Assembly: GCA_034429475.1 (NCBI GenBank)
Contig: DAOUGD010000126.1
Location: 32,818 to 96,817, forward strand
Length of the DNA: 64,000 nucleotides
DNA from: Anaerolineae bacterium
GTDB taxonomy: Bacteria; Chloroflexota; Anaerolineae; B4-G1; SLSP01
Direction of reading: 5' to 3'
Shown here: positions 47,085 through 57,146 of the stretch, piece by piece
Layout of the letters: every line of letters begins with the position of its first letter
How positions within the stretch are numbered: the first letter of the stretch is position 1
The notes under the pieces: generated by a model
Told to the model about the DNA's origin: nothing
Database searches by the model: none
Seen by the model: only the letters and a program-made list of their open reading frames with translations
Position numbers and translations under genes: made by a program

Positions 47085-49462
47085 GGGGGGGGCGTTTATC
47101 TGCGAACGTTCCCCGGTCAGTCCCTACCACCGGTATGCGCGGCGGCCTGGGTCGTACCTTGCTGACTGCGTTTCTGATTTTAACTATTTTGCCGCTGACG
47201 TTAACTGTTAGTTATGCCGTCCAGCAGAATCGCCAAAATGTGCAACGTGAAGTCGAAAGCAAGTTGCTGGCGGTTGCCACCCTCAAGGGAGAGGAACTGG
47301 AACGCTGGGTTGACGATTTGCGGTCGGTGTTATTGTTATCGGTAAGGCTGGCCGGCGATACCGACGACTACACGGAATGGTGGACGACCCTCACGCAGCA
47401 AATACCCGATTTGACTGGCGTGGTGGTGTGGAGACCGGAGGAACAGTCCCGCTGGACTGCCGGTGAGTGTGTACAAGCTTGGGATCAATTTCGCCTCACG
47501 GTCTCAGGCGCTAATTTGTTCTCTTCCCCGGCGGAGTTTGCCGTTTCTGACTTTGGCGCAACTGTTTTTTTACCAATCAAATATCAAGACCGTTCCCTCC
47601 TTTTTTGCATGGATGGCGCCATATTGGAGCGGGTGATCCACCATGGGATAGACGGAACCGGCGCGACGCGGGCCTACCTGATCCACAACATGTGTGCCTG
47701 GCCGAGCGCGACGACGCCATGCGCGCCGCCAATGGGGGAGTGGCCCCCGGCAGGGCAATCTGGTAGCGGCGTCTACGTGAACGCGCAGGGTATCTCGGTC
47801 ACAGGCGCGTATTACGCTCTGGCGGCAGAAGTCGGCATCCTGGTGGAACAACCCGAGGCGCACACGTCGGAATCGGTCGAGCTGATTGCGGCGACGTTCA
47901 TCGCCCTCGTGCTGGCCGTGGCGCTGGTCACCACGACGATTGCCGCGTTGGTGATCCGGCAGATCACCCTGCCGGTGATTCGCCTGACGGAGTCGGCGCT
48001 GGCAATGTCAGAAGGAGAACTGGATCAACACCTGGAGGTCACCTCGCGCGATGAGATCGGCATCCTGACGTATGTGTTCAACGACATGGCAGCGCAGTTG
48101 AAGTCGCTGTATGAGGACCTGGAAGCGAAAGTGGTGGATCGCACGCGGCTGCTCCAACGGGCTAACTACCAGATTCAGCGGCGCGCGCTGCACTTGCAGG
48201 CCAGCCAGGAAGTGAGTCAGGCGATCACGTCGGTGCGCGACCCGAATTTGTTGTTTATGCAGATGGCCGATCTCATCCGCGACAGTTTTATGTATGCGTC
48301 GGTCGCCATCTACATGGTGGAGCCGGGGGGCGGTGCGGCGGCGTTGAACGCCCTCAGCCCGGATGTGCGCGGCGCTCGTCCCAGCACCGAGGGGGAAATC
48401 GGTGGTTGGGCGGATTACGTGTACCCCGGCGACGGTTCGGCGGTGGAGCAGGCCATTCGCAAACGCGCTTCTCAGGTCGAGTATCAGGAAACCCGTGAAG
48501 AAGTGGATTGGTATCGCCGCACCTTAAGCCGGGTGGCTGTGCCGCTGCGTATGGGAGATCGGGTCATTGGGGCGATCGCAGCTTTGAGCACCGAGCACGA
48601 AGGCGTGCAGTCCGACGAATTAGAGGTGTTGGAACTGTTAGCCAACCAGATCGCGATTGCGGTGGAAAATGCTCGCGCTTACGAACGGGAGCGAGCGGCC
48701 ACCCACCATCTGGAAGAGGCCGAAGCCTTCAAGGCGCGTTTCCTGGCGAATATGTCGCACGCTTTGCGCGAACCTTTAAACACGGTGATTGGGTTCTCGC
48801 GCTTGATGATCAAGGGCGTAGATGGGCCGCTGACGGATTTGCAACAGCAGGATATGGGGCGCATCTACGAAGACAGCCAGCGTTTGTTGTTCTTGATCAA
48901 CGACATTCTGGCTATTTCCCAAATTCAGGCCGGGTTGATGGAGTTGAAACTGCAACCCATCCATCTTTCCGAAGTGGTCGCCGGCGTGATGCCCACCGCG
49001 ACGGCGTTGGTGCAGGGCAAGGACGTGGAACTGGTGCGCGATATTCCTGATGATTTACCCTTGTTACGCATTGACCCTTCGCATATCCGGCAGGTGTTGG
49101 TGCATTTACTGAACAATGCCGCCAAATTTACCGCTAAGGGGCGGATCACGTTACGGGCCTGGTACCGGGATGATTGGGTGTATGTCAGCGTCAGCGACAC
49201 GGGGGTGGGGATTCCCCCGGAGGATTTGGAGCGTATTTTCGTGCGATTCAATCAGGGCGCCTCGCGGCGCAACGCGCAGCAGGGGGCAGGACTGGGGTTG
49301 GCGCTGTGCAAGGAATTCGTGGAGATGCACGGCGGGCAAATCTGGGCGCAGAGCCGCGTGGATGAAGGCAGCATGTTTACATTTTCACTTCCCTGTTACG
49401 TAGACGGTCAAACCGCACCAGCCAATGCTACGGAATCGCCGGCAGGAGGCCAGGATGAATAA
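47069..49462 (+). CDS. membrane sensor histidine kinase (periplasmic loop, HAMP, GAF, HisKA, HATPase_c)
   Basis: AGGAGG RBS 5 nt before ATG 47069, overlapping the receiver stop by 16 nt. An alternative start is MRGG at 47135. HAMP (LPVIRL ... FNDMAAQLKS), GAF, H-box (FLANMSHALREPLN) and G-boxes (DTGVGI ... GLGLAL) are present. A G9 tract occupies codons 6-8. Confidence 0.8.
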   Translation: MGAGVGGGRLSANVPRSVPTTGMRGGLGRTLLTAFLILTILPLTLTVSYAVQQNRQNVQREVESKLLAVATLKGEELERWVDDLRSVLLLSVRLAGDTDDYTEWWTTLTQQIPDLTGVVVWRPEEQSRWTAGECVQAWDQFRLTVSGANLFSSPAEFAVSDFGATVFLPIKYQDRSLLFCMDGAILERVIHHGIDGTGATRAYLIHNMCAWPSATTPCAPPMGEWPPAGQSGSGVYVNAQGISVTGAYYALAAEVGILVEQPEAHTSESVELIAATFIALVLAVALVTTTIAALVIRQITLPVIRLTESALAMSEGELDQHLEVTSRDEIGILTYVFNDMAAQLKSLYEDLEAKVVDRTRLLQRANYQIQRRALHLQASQEVSQAITSVRDPNLLFMQMADLIRDSFMYASVAIYMVEPGGGAAALNALSPDVRGARPSTEGEIGGWADYVYPGDGSAVEQAIRKRASQVEYQETREEVDWYRRTLSRVAVPLRMGDRVIGAIAALSTEHEGVQSDELEVLELLANQIAIAVENARAYERERAATHHLEEAEAFKARFLANMSHALREPLNTVIGFSRLMIKGVDGPLTDLQQQDMGRIYEDSQRLLFLINDILAISQIQAGLMELKLQPIHLSEVVAGVMPTATALVQGKDVELVRDIPDDLPLLRIDPSHIRQVLVHLLNNAAKFTAKGRITLRAWYRDDWVYVSVSDTGVGIPPEDLERIFVRFNQGASRRNAQQGAGLGLALCKEFVEMHGGQIWAQSRVDEGSMFTFSLPCYVDGQTAPANATESPAGGQDE

Positions 49463-51389
49463 GAAGCAGACATCCATTGCCGAGGAACCGATGTCTCGGG
49501 ATGCCATGGAATCGTGGCAGCGCGATCTGTTCGCGCGGATGCTGCGGATGATCACGGTGGCGACCTTCCCCGTGGTGCTGACCGGGCTGTATTACGCCTA
49601 TGTGACTCAAAATCTCTGGCTGGCGCCGGCGATTTGGGGGGCATACAGTGTGATTATCCTCAGCGCCTTTGTCCCTCGGATTCCTTATTCCTTGCGCGTC
49701 TGGGCTTTTCTAGCAGTCCTGCTGGTGATGGGGCTGGGGGACTTGTTGACCTACGGCTGGGGGCGGGATGTGCGCATTTATTGGATCGGCGCCATGCTGT
49801 TTGCCACGCTCTTTCTGGGCGGACGTCATGGGCTGATGGTGTTGATAGGCACTTGCCTCCTCTTGGGCGCGTTTGTCGTGGGCGTCGTCACCGGACTATT
49901 GGTCCCCTCTTATGATTCGATGAGCGCCTATCCGCCTTTTGCCCTGATCGTTGGGTGGATTGTTTTCGTAGTCCTGGCGATAGGACTCTATGCCACGTTC
50001 AATTATCTGTTCCCCCGGCTGCTGACCGCTTTGCAAAAGAGCGCCGCCCTATCCGCCTCCCTGGAGGAGCAGCAGAACGTCCTGGCCGAGCGCACACGGG
50101 CACTCCAGGAAGCCAACACGAATTTGCAGCGGCGGGCCATGTACCTGGAGGCCAGCACACAGGTTTCTCAGGCATTGGCGACGGTGTTTGAGTTGGAGAT
50201 TCTGTTGGAACAGGCGGTGAACCTCATCGTGCAGCACTTTGATTTCTACCGCGCGGTCATTTTCCTGGCAGAAGAGGATGGGCAGTCGGCGCGGCTCTAC
50301 GCCTCCGCGTCGGTGGGCGGGCGGCGGATGACGCTGCGGACACAACGTTGGCGCGCCGGGGAACACAATGCGGTGGGGGTGGCGTTGGCTAATCGTCAAC
50401 CGTGTGTCATGACCACCGGCAAACGCACGATGCCCTATGCGACAGAAGTGGACCTCTCTATGGTGCGGGCGGAAGCGGCGCTGCCGCTGCTGGTGGGCGA
50501 GCGGCTGCTCGGCGTGTTGGACATATATAGCGGGGAAGAAGCCGCTTTCGATCCCGACGATGTGCGCGCCCTGCAAGGCCTGACCGGCCTGCTGTCGGTG
50601 GCGGTGGACAATGCGCGCCGGCTCGGCGACGAGGCGGCGGTTCTGGAAGCCGCCAGCCCCTTGTACCGGCTAGCGCATCGCCTGGCGACGACGCGCACCG
50701 AGCGCGAGATTTACGCAGCGATGTTGGAATCGCTGCGTGACTTCAACCCGGCGCGCGTCTTCATCTTCCGCCAGAGCCGCCTGCCCCATGCGCACATGTC
50801 CGCGGCGGAACAAGCCTATCTGGTGGCCGAAATGCGCGGTGCCGAAATCAATTTCCACGATCAGTATCTCACGGCCGCCAACATCCGCCACATCGGAGAT
50901 TTGATCAATTTCGGGGTCACGTTGGAATCTGCCGTGGTGATCGGCGATTTGAGCGCATCCTACCATTCCGGCGACGCCGATGTGGATCGTGTCCTGGTTA
51001 ACCTGGCTACCGAACTGGGCATTTTGGCGTTGGCGCTGGCGCCGATGCGGTTGGAGTCACAGTGTTTGGGGGTGGTTTTGATCACCTACAACACCCCCCA
51101 TCAGTTCACCCCGTTGCAGGGGCAACTCCAGCGCGTGTTGGCGAACTTGGCGACGGTGGCGTTGGAGCGGATCCGGCTGCTGCACGAGGCGCAGACCCGT
51201 GTGAGCCGGGAACGCTGGCTGCGGGAGTTCGGCGAGCAGGTGATGCGCATCCCTGACCTGGAAATGATGGTTGCGCAATCGGCCCAAATGCTCCAGGACG
51301 TGGTACAGGCGGATGGCGTCCTGCTGTCTCTCGCGCCGCCGGACACGGATGCGGGAAGGACGGCCTGGGGAGGCAAAGGTGCGGGATAG
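49455..51389 (+). CDS. polytopic-membrane (5-6 TM) coiled-coil protein with three GAF domains, no output domain (paralog 1 of 8)
   Basis: GGAGG RBS and an ATG overlapping the kinase stop by 8 nt. TM bundle, then a coiled coil (LEEQQNVLAERTRALQEANTNLQRRAMYLEAS), then GAF (FDFYRAVIFLAEEDG ... LPLLVGERLLGVLDI). No H-box or ATPase motif was seen. Confidence 0.65.
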   Translation: MNKKQTSIAEEPMSRDAMESWQRDLFARMLRMITVATFPVVLTGLYYAYVTQNLWLAPAIWGAYSVIILSAFVPRIPYSLRVWAFLAVLLVMGLGDLLTYGWGRDVRIYWIGAMLFATLFLGGRHGLMVLIGTCLLLGAFVVGVVTGLLVPSYDSMSAYPPFALIVGWIVFVVLAIGLYATFNYLFPRLLTALQKSAALSASLEEQQNVLAERTRALQEANTNLQRRAMYLEASTQVSQALATVFELEILLEQAVNLIVQHFDFYRAVIFLAEEDGQSARLYASASVGGRRMTLRTQRWRAGEHNAVGVALANRQPCVMTTGKRTMPYATEVDLSMVRAEAALPLLVGERLLGVLDIYSGEEAAFDPDDVRALQGLTGLLSVAVDNARRLGDEAAVLEAASPLYRLAHRLATTRTEREIYAAMLESLRDFNPARVFIFRQSRLPHAHMSAAEQAYLVAEMRGAEINFHDQYLTAANIRHIGDLINFGVTLESAVVIGDLSASYHSGDADVDRVLVNLATELGILALALAPMRLESQCLGVVLITYNTPHQFTPLQGQLQRVLANLATVALERIRLLHEAQTRVSRERWLREFGEQVMRIPDLEMMVAQSAQMLQDVVQADGVLLSLAPPDTDAGRTAWGGKGAG

Positions 51390-53055
51390 TCAGAAGCAGA
51401 TCGAGCCAGAAGTCGCCGCAGCGGACGCCGAAATCCGTGAGCTGCAGCATACCCTGTTGACCCACGTGATCCAGGTACTCTTTTGGGCCGGGATACCGGC
51501 GTTGGTGATGGGCATCTATTACGTCGTCACCGATGGCGATTGGATCTACGGCCTGGCGTATATCGGGCTTTTTCTCGTCCTGGGAATCCTCCGTCTGGTC
51601 AAGCGTATCCCCTACGGCGCCCAAATCGGCAGCCTGTTGGCGCTGGCCTATGGCCTGGCCCTGTTATCGGTCTTTCGCGGGGGATTGTCGAGCAACGTGC
51701 GCCTGTTTTTGCTGATGCTGCCCTTTATGGCCGTGGTGTTCTTGGGCGCGCGGGCCGGGCTGGTGCTGCTGCTGCTTTCCCTGTTGACCCTGGGTGAGTT
51801 TGCCGGGCTGTTTTCACTGGGGATCATGGAAATATCCACCGACGTGCAGGTCTTGTCCCACAAACCGGTGGCCTGGTTCAGCTACACCTTGACGTGGCTG
51901 TTTGCCAGTGTTTTTGTGGTAGCCTCCTTGACCCAACTGCTCACCCGTTTCCGGGCAACATTGATCAAAAGCCATGATCTGACCTACAAACTGGACACGC
52001 AGCGAATGCAGGCAGAGCAGAGCGCCGAATATGCGAACTTGCACGCCGTGCGGATGCAGTGGGTGGCCGAATTTGGCAATGCGTTAGCCTCACTGCGCCG
52101 GCGGGAAATGGTAGCATGGCGCACAGTGCGGGAGATGGAACGCAGCCTGAACCTCTATCAGGTGAATGTCTTCCTGGCCGACCGCACTGGCTCTACGTTG
52201 GTGCTGGCGGCGGCCGCCGGCGTGCAGGGCGAGACGCTGGTCGCCGAGGGCCTGTCGGTATGGGTGGGGGAACGATCGCTGTTGGGGAAAGTGGCGCAGA
52301 CCGGACGTGAACAAATTCGCGTGTTGTCGCCCGACGAAATGGAATACTTCCCGTTGAGCCGGGTGGAGACAGCCCTACCGCTGGTTGTGCGCGGTGAACT
52401 GTTGGGCATCTTAGACATTCACAGCACGGAATCCACATTTTCGGAGAGCGACATGCAGCTCTTTCGCGTGGTAGCCGGGTACGTGACGACTTCCCTGGAT
52501 ATGCTGGCCGCGCTGGAAGAGATCAACGGGCAGCTTCAGGAGATGCGCGCGTTGTATAACCAATACACCATCGCTTCGTGGCGTTCCTTGTTGGCGGAGA
52601 AGCTGAAATTGTCCTACGCCACCGGCGCGCTTTCTGAGGATCCCATCCAAACCCTGGCGGCCGAGGCGTTGCAGACCCGCACGGTGCGTTCCCGTCCGCC
52701 GGGTGAGGGGCTGGACGAGTACCTGCTCGTCGTGCCGTTGATTGCGCGGGACCTGCCTTTGGGCTATGTGGCCTTTACCCGTTCGGGAGAGCTGGGCGAC
52801 TGGGACGCTGAGACGCGCGTTTTCATCGAAGCCGCTGCCGAGCGTCTGGCGCTGGCGCTGGATAACACCCGCCTGTTGGTACAGACACGGCGGCAAGCCT
52901 TCTATCAGGAACAGTTGGGCCGCCTGGATGACGTGGTGTGGCGCAACCCGAGCACCGCTGCTATTATGGAGGGCAGTGTGCAGGAACTGGGGCGCGTCCT
53001 GGATGCCAGTGAAGTGCAAGTTTACCTGACGCCGATGGTGTGGGAGGCGCAATGA
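51379..53055 (+). CDS. polytopic-membrane coiled-coil protein with two GAF domains, no output domain (paralog 2)
   Basis: GTG start after GGGGAGG, overlapping the upstream stop by 11 nt (the ORF is open from 51271). ~6 TM helices. GAF (LNLYQVNVFLADRTG ... LPLVVRGELLGILDIHS) and a second GAF. Confidence 0.6.
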   Translation: MRDSQKQIEPEVAAADAEIRELQHTLLTHVIQVLFWAGIPALVMGIYYVVTDGDWIYGLAYIGLFLVLGILRLVKRIPYGAQIGSLLALAYGLALLSVFRGGLSSNVRLFLLMLPFMAVVFLGARAGLVLLLLSLLTLGEFAGLFSLGIMEISTDVQVLSHKPVAWFSYTLTWLFASVFVVASLTQLLTRFRATLIKSHDLTYKLDTQRMQAEQSAEYANLHAVRMQWVAEFGNALASLRRREMVAWRTVREMERSLNLYQVNVFLADRTGSTLVLAAAAGVQGETLVAEGLSVWVGERSLLGKVAQTGREQIRVLSPDEMEYFPLSRVETALPLVVRGELLGILDIHSTESTFSESDMQLFRVVAGYVTTSLDMLAALEEINGQLQEMRALYNQYTIASWRSLLAEKLKLSYATGALSEDPIQTLAAEALQTRTVRSRPPGEGLDEYLLVVPLIARDLPLGYVAFTRSGELGDWDAETRVFIEAAAERLALALDNTRLLVQTRRQAFYQEQLGRLDDVVWRNPSTAAIMEGSVQELGRVLDASEVQVYLTPMVWEAQ

Positions 53056-55277
53056 GTCTGACGCCATCTTTTAGCCAGATATTACAATGGCTGGCCCTGT
53101 CGTTGGCCCTGTTGGAAATCATCCTGCTGGGGTATCTCGTGGCGTTGAACCTGGGGCGCTCCCCCCTCCAGTTTGCGCGGCAGTGGTTATTGCGCACGCG
53201 CCTGCTGGTCTTGTTGCTGACGATCACCACCCCCCTGTTGACGGCCGGCATCGTGTGGGTGGTGGCCCAGGCGATGCAGTTGGTGGAAGCGAATGAGGCT
53301 CGGCGCCTGGAAGCGCTGAACGCGGCCCTGCTCTCCAATGCCGAGTTGTGGTACGAACTCCATACAGACGCCTTGAGCCAGTTAGTATCCGCACCGGCCA
53401 TCGTTAGCATGGATCCGGCGCAGCAGAAGTCTTTTCTGAAAATCATGGCCCAGACGCATCCCGACATGTACCTGGTAAGCACTCTAAATCTGACAGGGAT
53501 GAACGTCACACGCAGCGACGCCCTCCCTTTGACCAATTACGCCGACCAATCCTGGTTCCAGGCGGTGCAGTCCGGCGCCCCTCAGGTTTTCCAGGTAGTG
53601 GTGGAATCTACCGCCGGTATTCCCGCGTTGATAGGCGCCATGCCCATTTATGACAGCCGTGAGAACCTCGTGGGCGTCGGTATGTTCGCCTGCGCCCTGA
53701 CCGACATGGCTTCCCAGATGCGCCCCCAGACGGTGGGCAACACAGGGTATGCGTATATGGTGGACAGCAAAAATCGCCTGTTGGTGCATCCCGATCCGAC
53801 GGTGATGGCGCAGGCCGGCGACCTTGGCGAGTATCCATCGGTGAAAGCCCTACGCGCGCACACCGGCCCCTTGGTGAAATTCGAGAGCGAGGGCCGCCGG
53901 TGGTGGGCCGCCGTCAGCGAGGGTGGCCCGGACTGGGGCATTGTAGTGCAGCAGCAGGAGTTGGAACTGTTGCGGGACATGCGCACGTTTATGCAACTCG
54001 CGTGGCTGGTGGGGTTGGTGTGCGTGGGACTGTTGGCCCTGGCAAGCTACCTGGCGTTGCGTCAGGCCTTCCAACCCATCGTGGCATTGACCGGGACGAT
54101 CAATGCCGTTGTGGCAGGCGATTGGAGCCGCAGCCTCCCGGTGGAAAGAGGGGACGAATTGGGCGCGCTGGCGCGAGCCTTTAACGGCATGACCTCTCAA
54201 ATCCGGGACCTGATTCACACGTTGGAGTCGCGCGTGGCGGATCGCACCCGCGACTTGGAACAGCGTGCGACGTACCTGGCCGTCACGACCCAGGTCAGTC
54301 GCGTCGTCAACGCCATCCTGGACGTAGACGAATTGCTGCCGCGCGTCGCGCACCTGATTACCGATCGGTTCGGATTTTATCACGTCGCCATCTTTATGTT
54401 GGACGAAAGCGGCGAATGGGCCATTCTGCGCGCGGCCTCTTCTGAGAGGGGGCAGGGCATGGTGGCGCGCGGCCATCGCTTGCGCGTGGGTGAGCAGGGT
54501 ATCGTGGGCTATGTATCGAGTTCCGGGCGCCCGCGCATTGCGCTGGACGTGGATGTGGATGCCGTGTGGATGAAAAGCCCGGACTTGCCGACTACCCGCT
54601 CGGAAATGGCCTTGCCCTTAAGTGTGGGCGACCGGGTGTTGGGTGTTCTGGACATTCAGAGTGAGACGCCATCTGCCTTTTCCATAGAAGATGTGGAAAC
54701 GCTGCGGGTCCTGGCCGATCAAATCGCCATTGCAATTCAAAATGCACGACTGTTTCAAGGCAGCCAGCGGGCGCTGCGGGACTTGCAGCGCGCTTATGGC
54801 GAAACGGGGGCGCGGGCCTGGCGCACGCGCGCCTCGGCCCTGTTGGGGTACCGTTACACCCCCGAAGAAACCCGCCCGATTCTCGAATTACCCGAGACGC
54901 CGACGGATGCGATGAACTCCACCCACGTCACGCCCGCTAACACGTTGGTGGCGCCGCTGCGGATGCTCGGTGGGCGATCCTTTGGCGTTTTGCGGCTGGC
55001 CCGGCTTCCGGCGCAGCCCTGGACGGCGCAGGAGATTCAATTTGTCCAGCAGGCGGCGCAGGGGATAGCCCAGGCTTTGGAAGTTGGGCGTCTGTTAGAG
55101 GAGACCCGCGACCGGGCGGCACGCGACCATCTGGTCGGAGAGATTGGGGGGCAATTGCGCACAACTTTGGATCCCGATGCCATCATGAAGACGACGGTGC
55201 AGGCATTGGGACGCTTGTTGAAGGCCGAGTTGACCACCATTGAAGTCAGTGGCGGCTATGATGGAACGGATGGATAA
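53052..55277 (+). CDS. Cache-like, HAMP, GAF, GAF membrane sensor protein without output domain (paralog 3)
   Basis: GGGAGG RBS and an ATG overlapping the upstream stop. TM1, then a Cache-like periplasmic domain (NYADQSWFQAV ... GYAYMVDSKNRLLVHPDP), then TM2, HAMP, GAF (FGFYHVAIFMLDESGEWAILRAASS ... LPLSVGDRVLGVLDIQS), a degenerate GAF, and a C-terminal ELGRLL module. Confidence 0.65.
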   Translation: MSLTPSFSQILQWLALSLALLEIILLGYLVALNLGRSPLQFARQWLLRTRLLVLLLTITTPLLTAGIVWVVAQAMQLVEANEARRLEALNAALLSNAELWYELHTDALSQLVSAPAIVSMDPAQQKSFLKIMAQTHPDMYLVSTLNLTGMNVTRSDALPLTNYADQSWFQAVQSGAPQVFQVVVESTAGIPALIGAMPIYDSRENLVGVGMFACALTDMASQMRPQTVGNTGYAYMVDSKNRLLVHPDPTVMAQAGDLGEYPSVKALRAHTGPLVKFESEGRRWWAAVSEGGPDWGIVVQQQELELLRDMRTFMQLAWLVGLVCVGLLALASYLALRQAFQPIVALTGTINAVVAGDWSRSLPVERGDELGALARAFNGMTSQIRDLIHTLESRVADRTRDLEQRATYLAVTTQVSRVVNAILDVDELLPRVAHLITDRFGFYHVAIFMLDESGEWAILRAASSERGQGMVARGHRLRVGEQGIVGYVSSSGRPRIALDVDVDAVWMKSPDLPTTRSEMALPLSVGDRVLGVLDIQSETPSAFSIEDVETLRVLADQIAIAIQNARLFQGSQRALRDLQRAYGETGARAWRTRASALLGYRYTPEETRPILELPETPTDAMNSTHVTPANTLVAPLRMLGGRSFGVLRLARLPAQPWTAQEIQFVQQAAQGIAQALEVGRLLEETRDRAARDHLVGEIGGQLRTTLDPDAIMKTTVQALGRLLKAELTTIEVSGGYDGTDG

Positions 55278-55298
55278 CCTGCCCCGGGTGCGGAGGCT

Positions 55299-57146
55299 GT
55301 GATGCTGGAAACGTTGAACCCCTTTCTGGTAATCGCCGGTGTACTGCTGGCCGTCGCTCTCTTGCTGACGCTGGGGATAGCGCTGGCTTTGACGCGCGAT
55401 CTCCGGCGCACCCTGCGTGCGCTGACGGACGCGCTCGCACAGATGGCGGAAGGGACCTGGCCGCGGCTGCCGGCCCTAGGGCGGCAGGACGAACTCGGTG
55501 AGTTGGCGCGCGGGCTATCGGCGCTGTCTGCGCAGTGGCGGGAGCGCCTGGAGCGTATGAGTCAGGAGACCGTCGCGCAAACTACCCGCGCGGCGCAGCA
55601 AGCTGCCCGCGTGGCCGCAACCGCACGGGTGTCGCATCACCTGCTCGCCGTCGTCGGGACCGACGACTGGCTGGCTGTCTCCGTCCGCCAGATTTCGGAA
55701 CAGTGCAAGTTTTATCACGTGGGCGTGTTTTTGTTGGACGATGCGCGCCAGGCAGTCATCCTGCGCGCCGCCTCATCGGCGGTGGGACAGCGCTTGCTGG
55801 CCGGCGGCTACAAAGTGCTTCTGGCGGAATCCCCCGATTTCGACGCGGTGGTGGCGCACCGGCGGGCCATCATTCCGACCGTCGCCACCCCGACGCCCGC
55901 CGATTCCCCCTTCCCGCAGACGTGCTCCGCAGTGTTGCTGCCTTTGAACGTGGCCGGCGACGTGATCGGGGTGTTGGATATCCACTCGACGGAAGCGGCG
56001 GCTTTCGACTTTGAACAGGTGGCGCCTTTGCAAATGCTGGCCGACGCTTTGAGCCTGGCATGGCACATGGCGCACATCCAAACCACCGCCGCCGCCCAGA
56101 TTGACGAACTCAACCGCCTGCTGCGCACCCAGGGTGAAGAAGGGTGGGGGCTTTTAACGCGGGAACGGCGGCATTGGGGGTACGGGTATGACGGCGTTGA
56201 GGTGCGGCCCGCCGCCGAATTGGCCCTGGACGACCGCCCTCCCCAGTGGGTGCTGCCGCTCCAGGGGGGGCGTGAGGCAATGGGGGCGCTGAAAATCTTT
56301 GCCGACCCCGACGCGCTCGACGCCAATGACTTGGACCTGGTGCGCGCGGTGGCGGATCAGGCCGGCCGTGCGATGGAAAGCGCGCGGCTGTTCAGCAAAA
56401 TGCAGATCGCTTTGGAGGAAGTCGGCGTATTGTACCGGTGCAGCCAGGCGTTGGGCGTGGCGCGCACCGAGGAGCAAGTGTTGCGCGCGTTTGTGGATTA
56501 TTTGATAGCCCCAGAGATTGATCGCTGTGTGTTGGCCTTGATCGAGCCGGGCGCGGTTGAATCCAACCGCATCGTGCGCCTGGCGGCAGCCTGGGATGCG
56601 GGCAAGGCCCATTCGCCTCTCCTGGGGGATCGCTGGGAGGTGGCGAAGATTCCGATGATGGCCCAGACCACCACGGCGCCGCTGGCAATTCCGGATGTTG
56701 CGGCGGCCAAAAACCTGGACCCCGTCTCCCGGCAAGTTTTTCAGGAAGCGTTGCAACTGCGCGCGCTCATGTTGGTTCCCCTGGCAGCGGGAGGACAATT
56801 ATGGGGCTGGCTGCTGGCGGCTGCCACGCGCGCTCCCTACCATTTCACTGAGAGAGAATGGCGCGTATACCGCAGTCTGGCCGACCAGGCCGCCCTGGTG
56901 TTACAAAGCATCCGCTTGATGGAGGAGGTGACACAGCGCGCCGAGCGGGAACGGCGCGTGACCGACATCACGGCGCAGATTCGCCGTAACACGGACGTGG
57001 ACACGATTTTGCAGACTGCCATCCGGGAGTTAGGGCGGACGCTGCGTGCTTCTGATGGATTGATCCGCCTGGGATTGGGAGCGGATCGTCATGTCGGGCA
57101 TACTCAACCCTTGCGGCTTCCCGACGGCGTGGAGGATAAATCATGA
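55299..57146 (+). CDS. TM, HAMP, GAF x3 protein without output domain (paralog 4)
   Basis: GGAGG RBS. One TM helix, HAMP (LTRDLRRTLRALTDALAQMAEG), GAF (CKFYHVGVFLLDDARQAVILRAASS ... LPLNVAGDVIGVLDIHS), two further GAF-like modules and a C-terminal IRELGRTL module. Confidence 0.65.
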   Translation: MMLETLNPFLVIAGVLLAVALLLTLGIALALTRDLRRTLRALTDALAQMAEGTWPRLPALGRQDELGELARGLSALSAQWRERLERMSQETVAQTTRAAQQAARVAATARVSHHLLAVVGTDDWLAVSVRQISEQCKFYHVGVFLLDDARQAVILRAASSAVGQRLLAGGYKVLLAESPDFDAVVAHRRAIIPTVATPTPADSPFPQTCSAVLLPLNVAGDVIGVLDIHSTEAAAFDFEQVAPLQMLADALSLAWHMAHIQTTAAAQIDELNRLLRTQGEEGWGLLTRERRHWGYGYDGVEVRPAAELALDDRPPQWVLPLQGGREAMGALKIFADPDALDANDLDLVRAVADQAGRAMESARLFSKMQIALEEVGVLYRCSQALGVARTEEQVLRAFVDYLIAPEIDRCVLALIEPGAVESNRIVRLAAAWDAGKAHSPLLGDRWEVAKIPMMAQTTTAPLAIPDVAAAKNLDPVSRQVFQEALQLRALMLVPLAAGGQLWGWLLAAATRAPYHFTEREWRVYRSLADQAALVLQSIRLMEEVTQRAERERRVTDITAQIRRNTDVDTILQTAIRELGRTLRASDGLIRLGLGADRHVGHTQPLRLPDGVEDKS

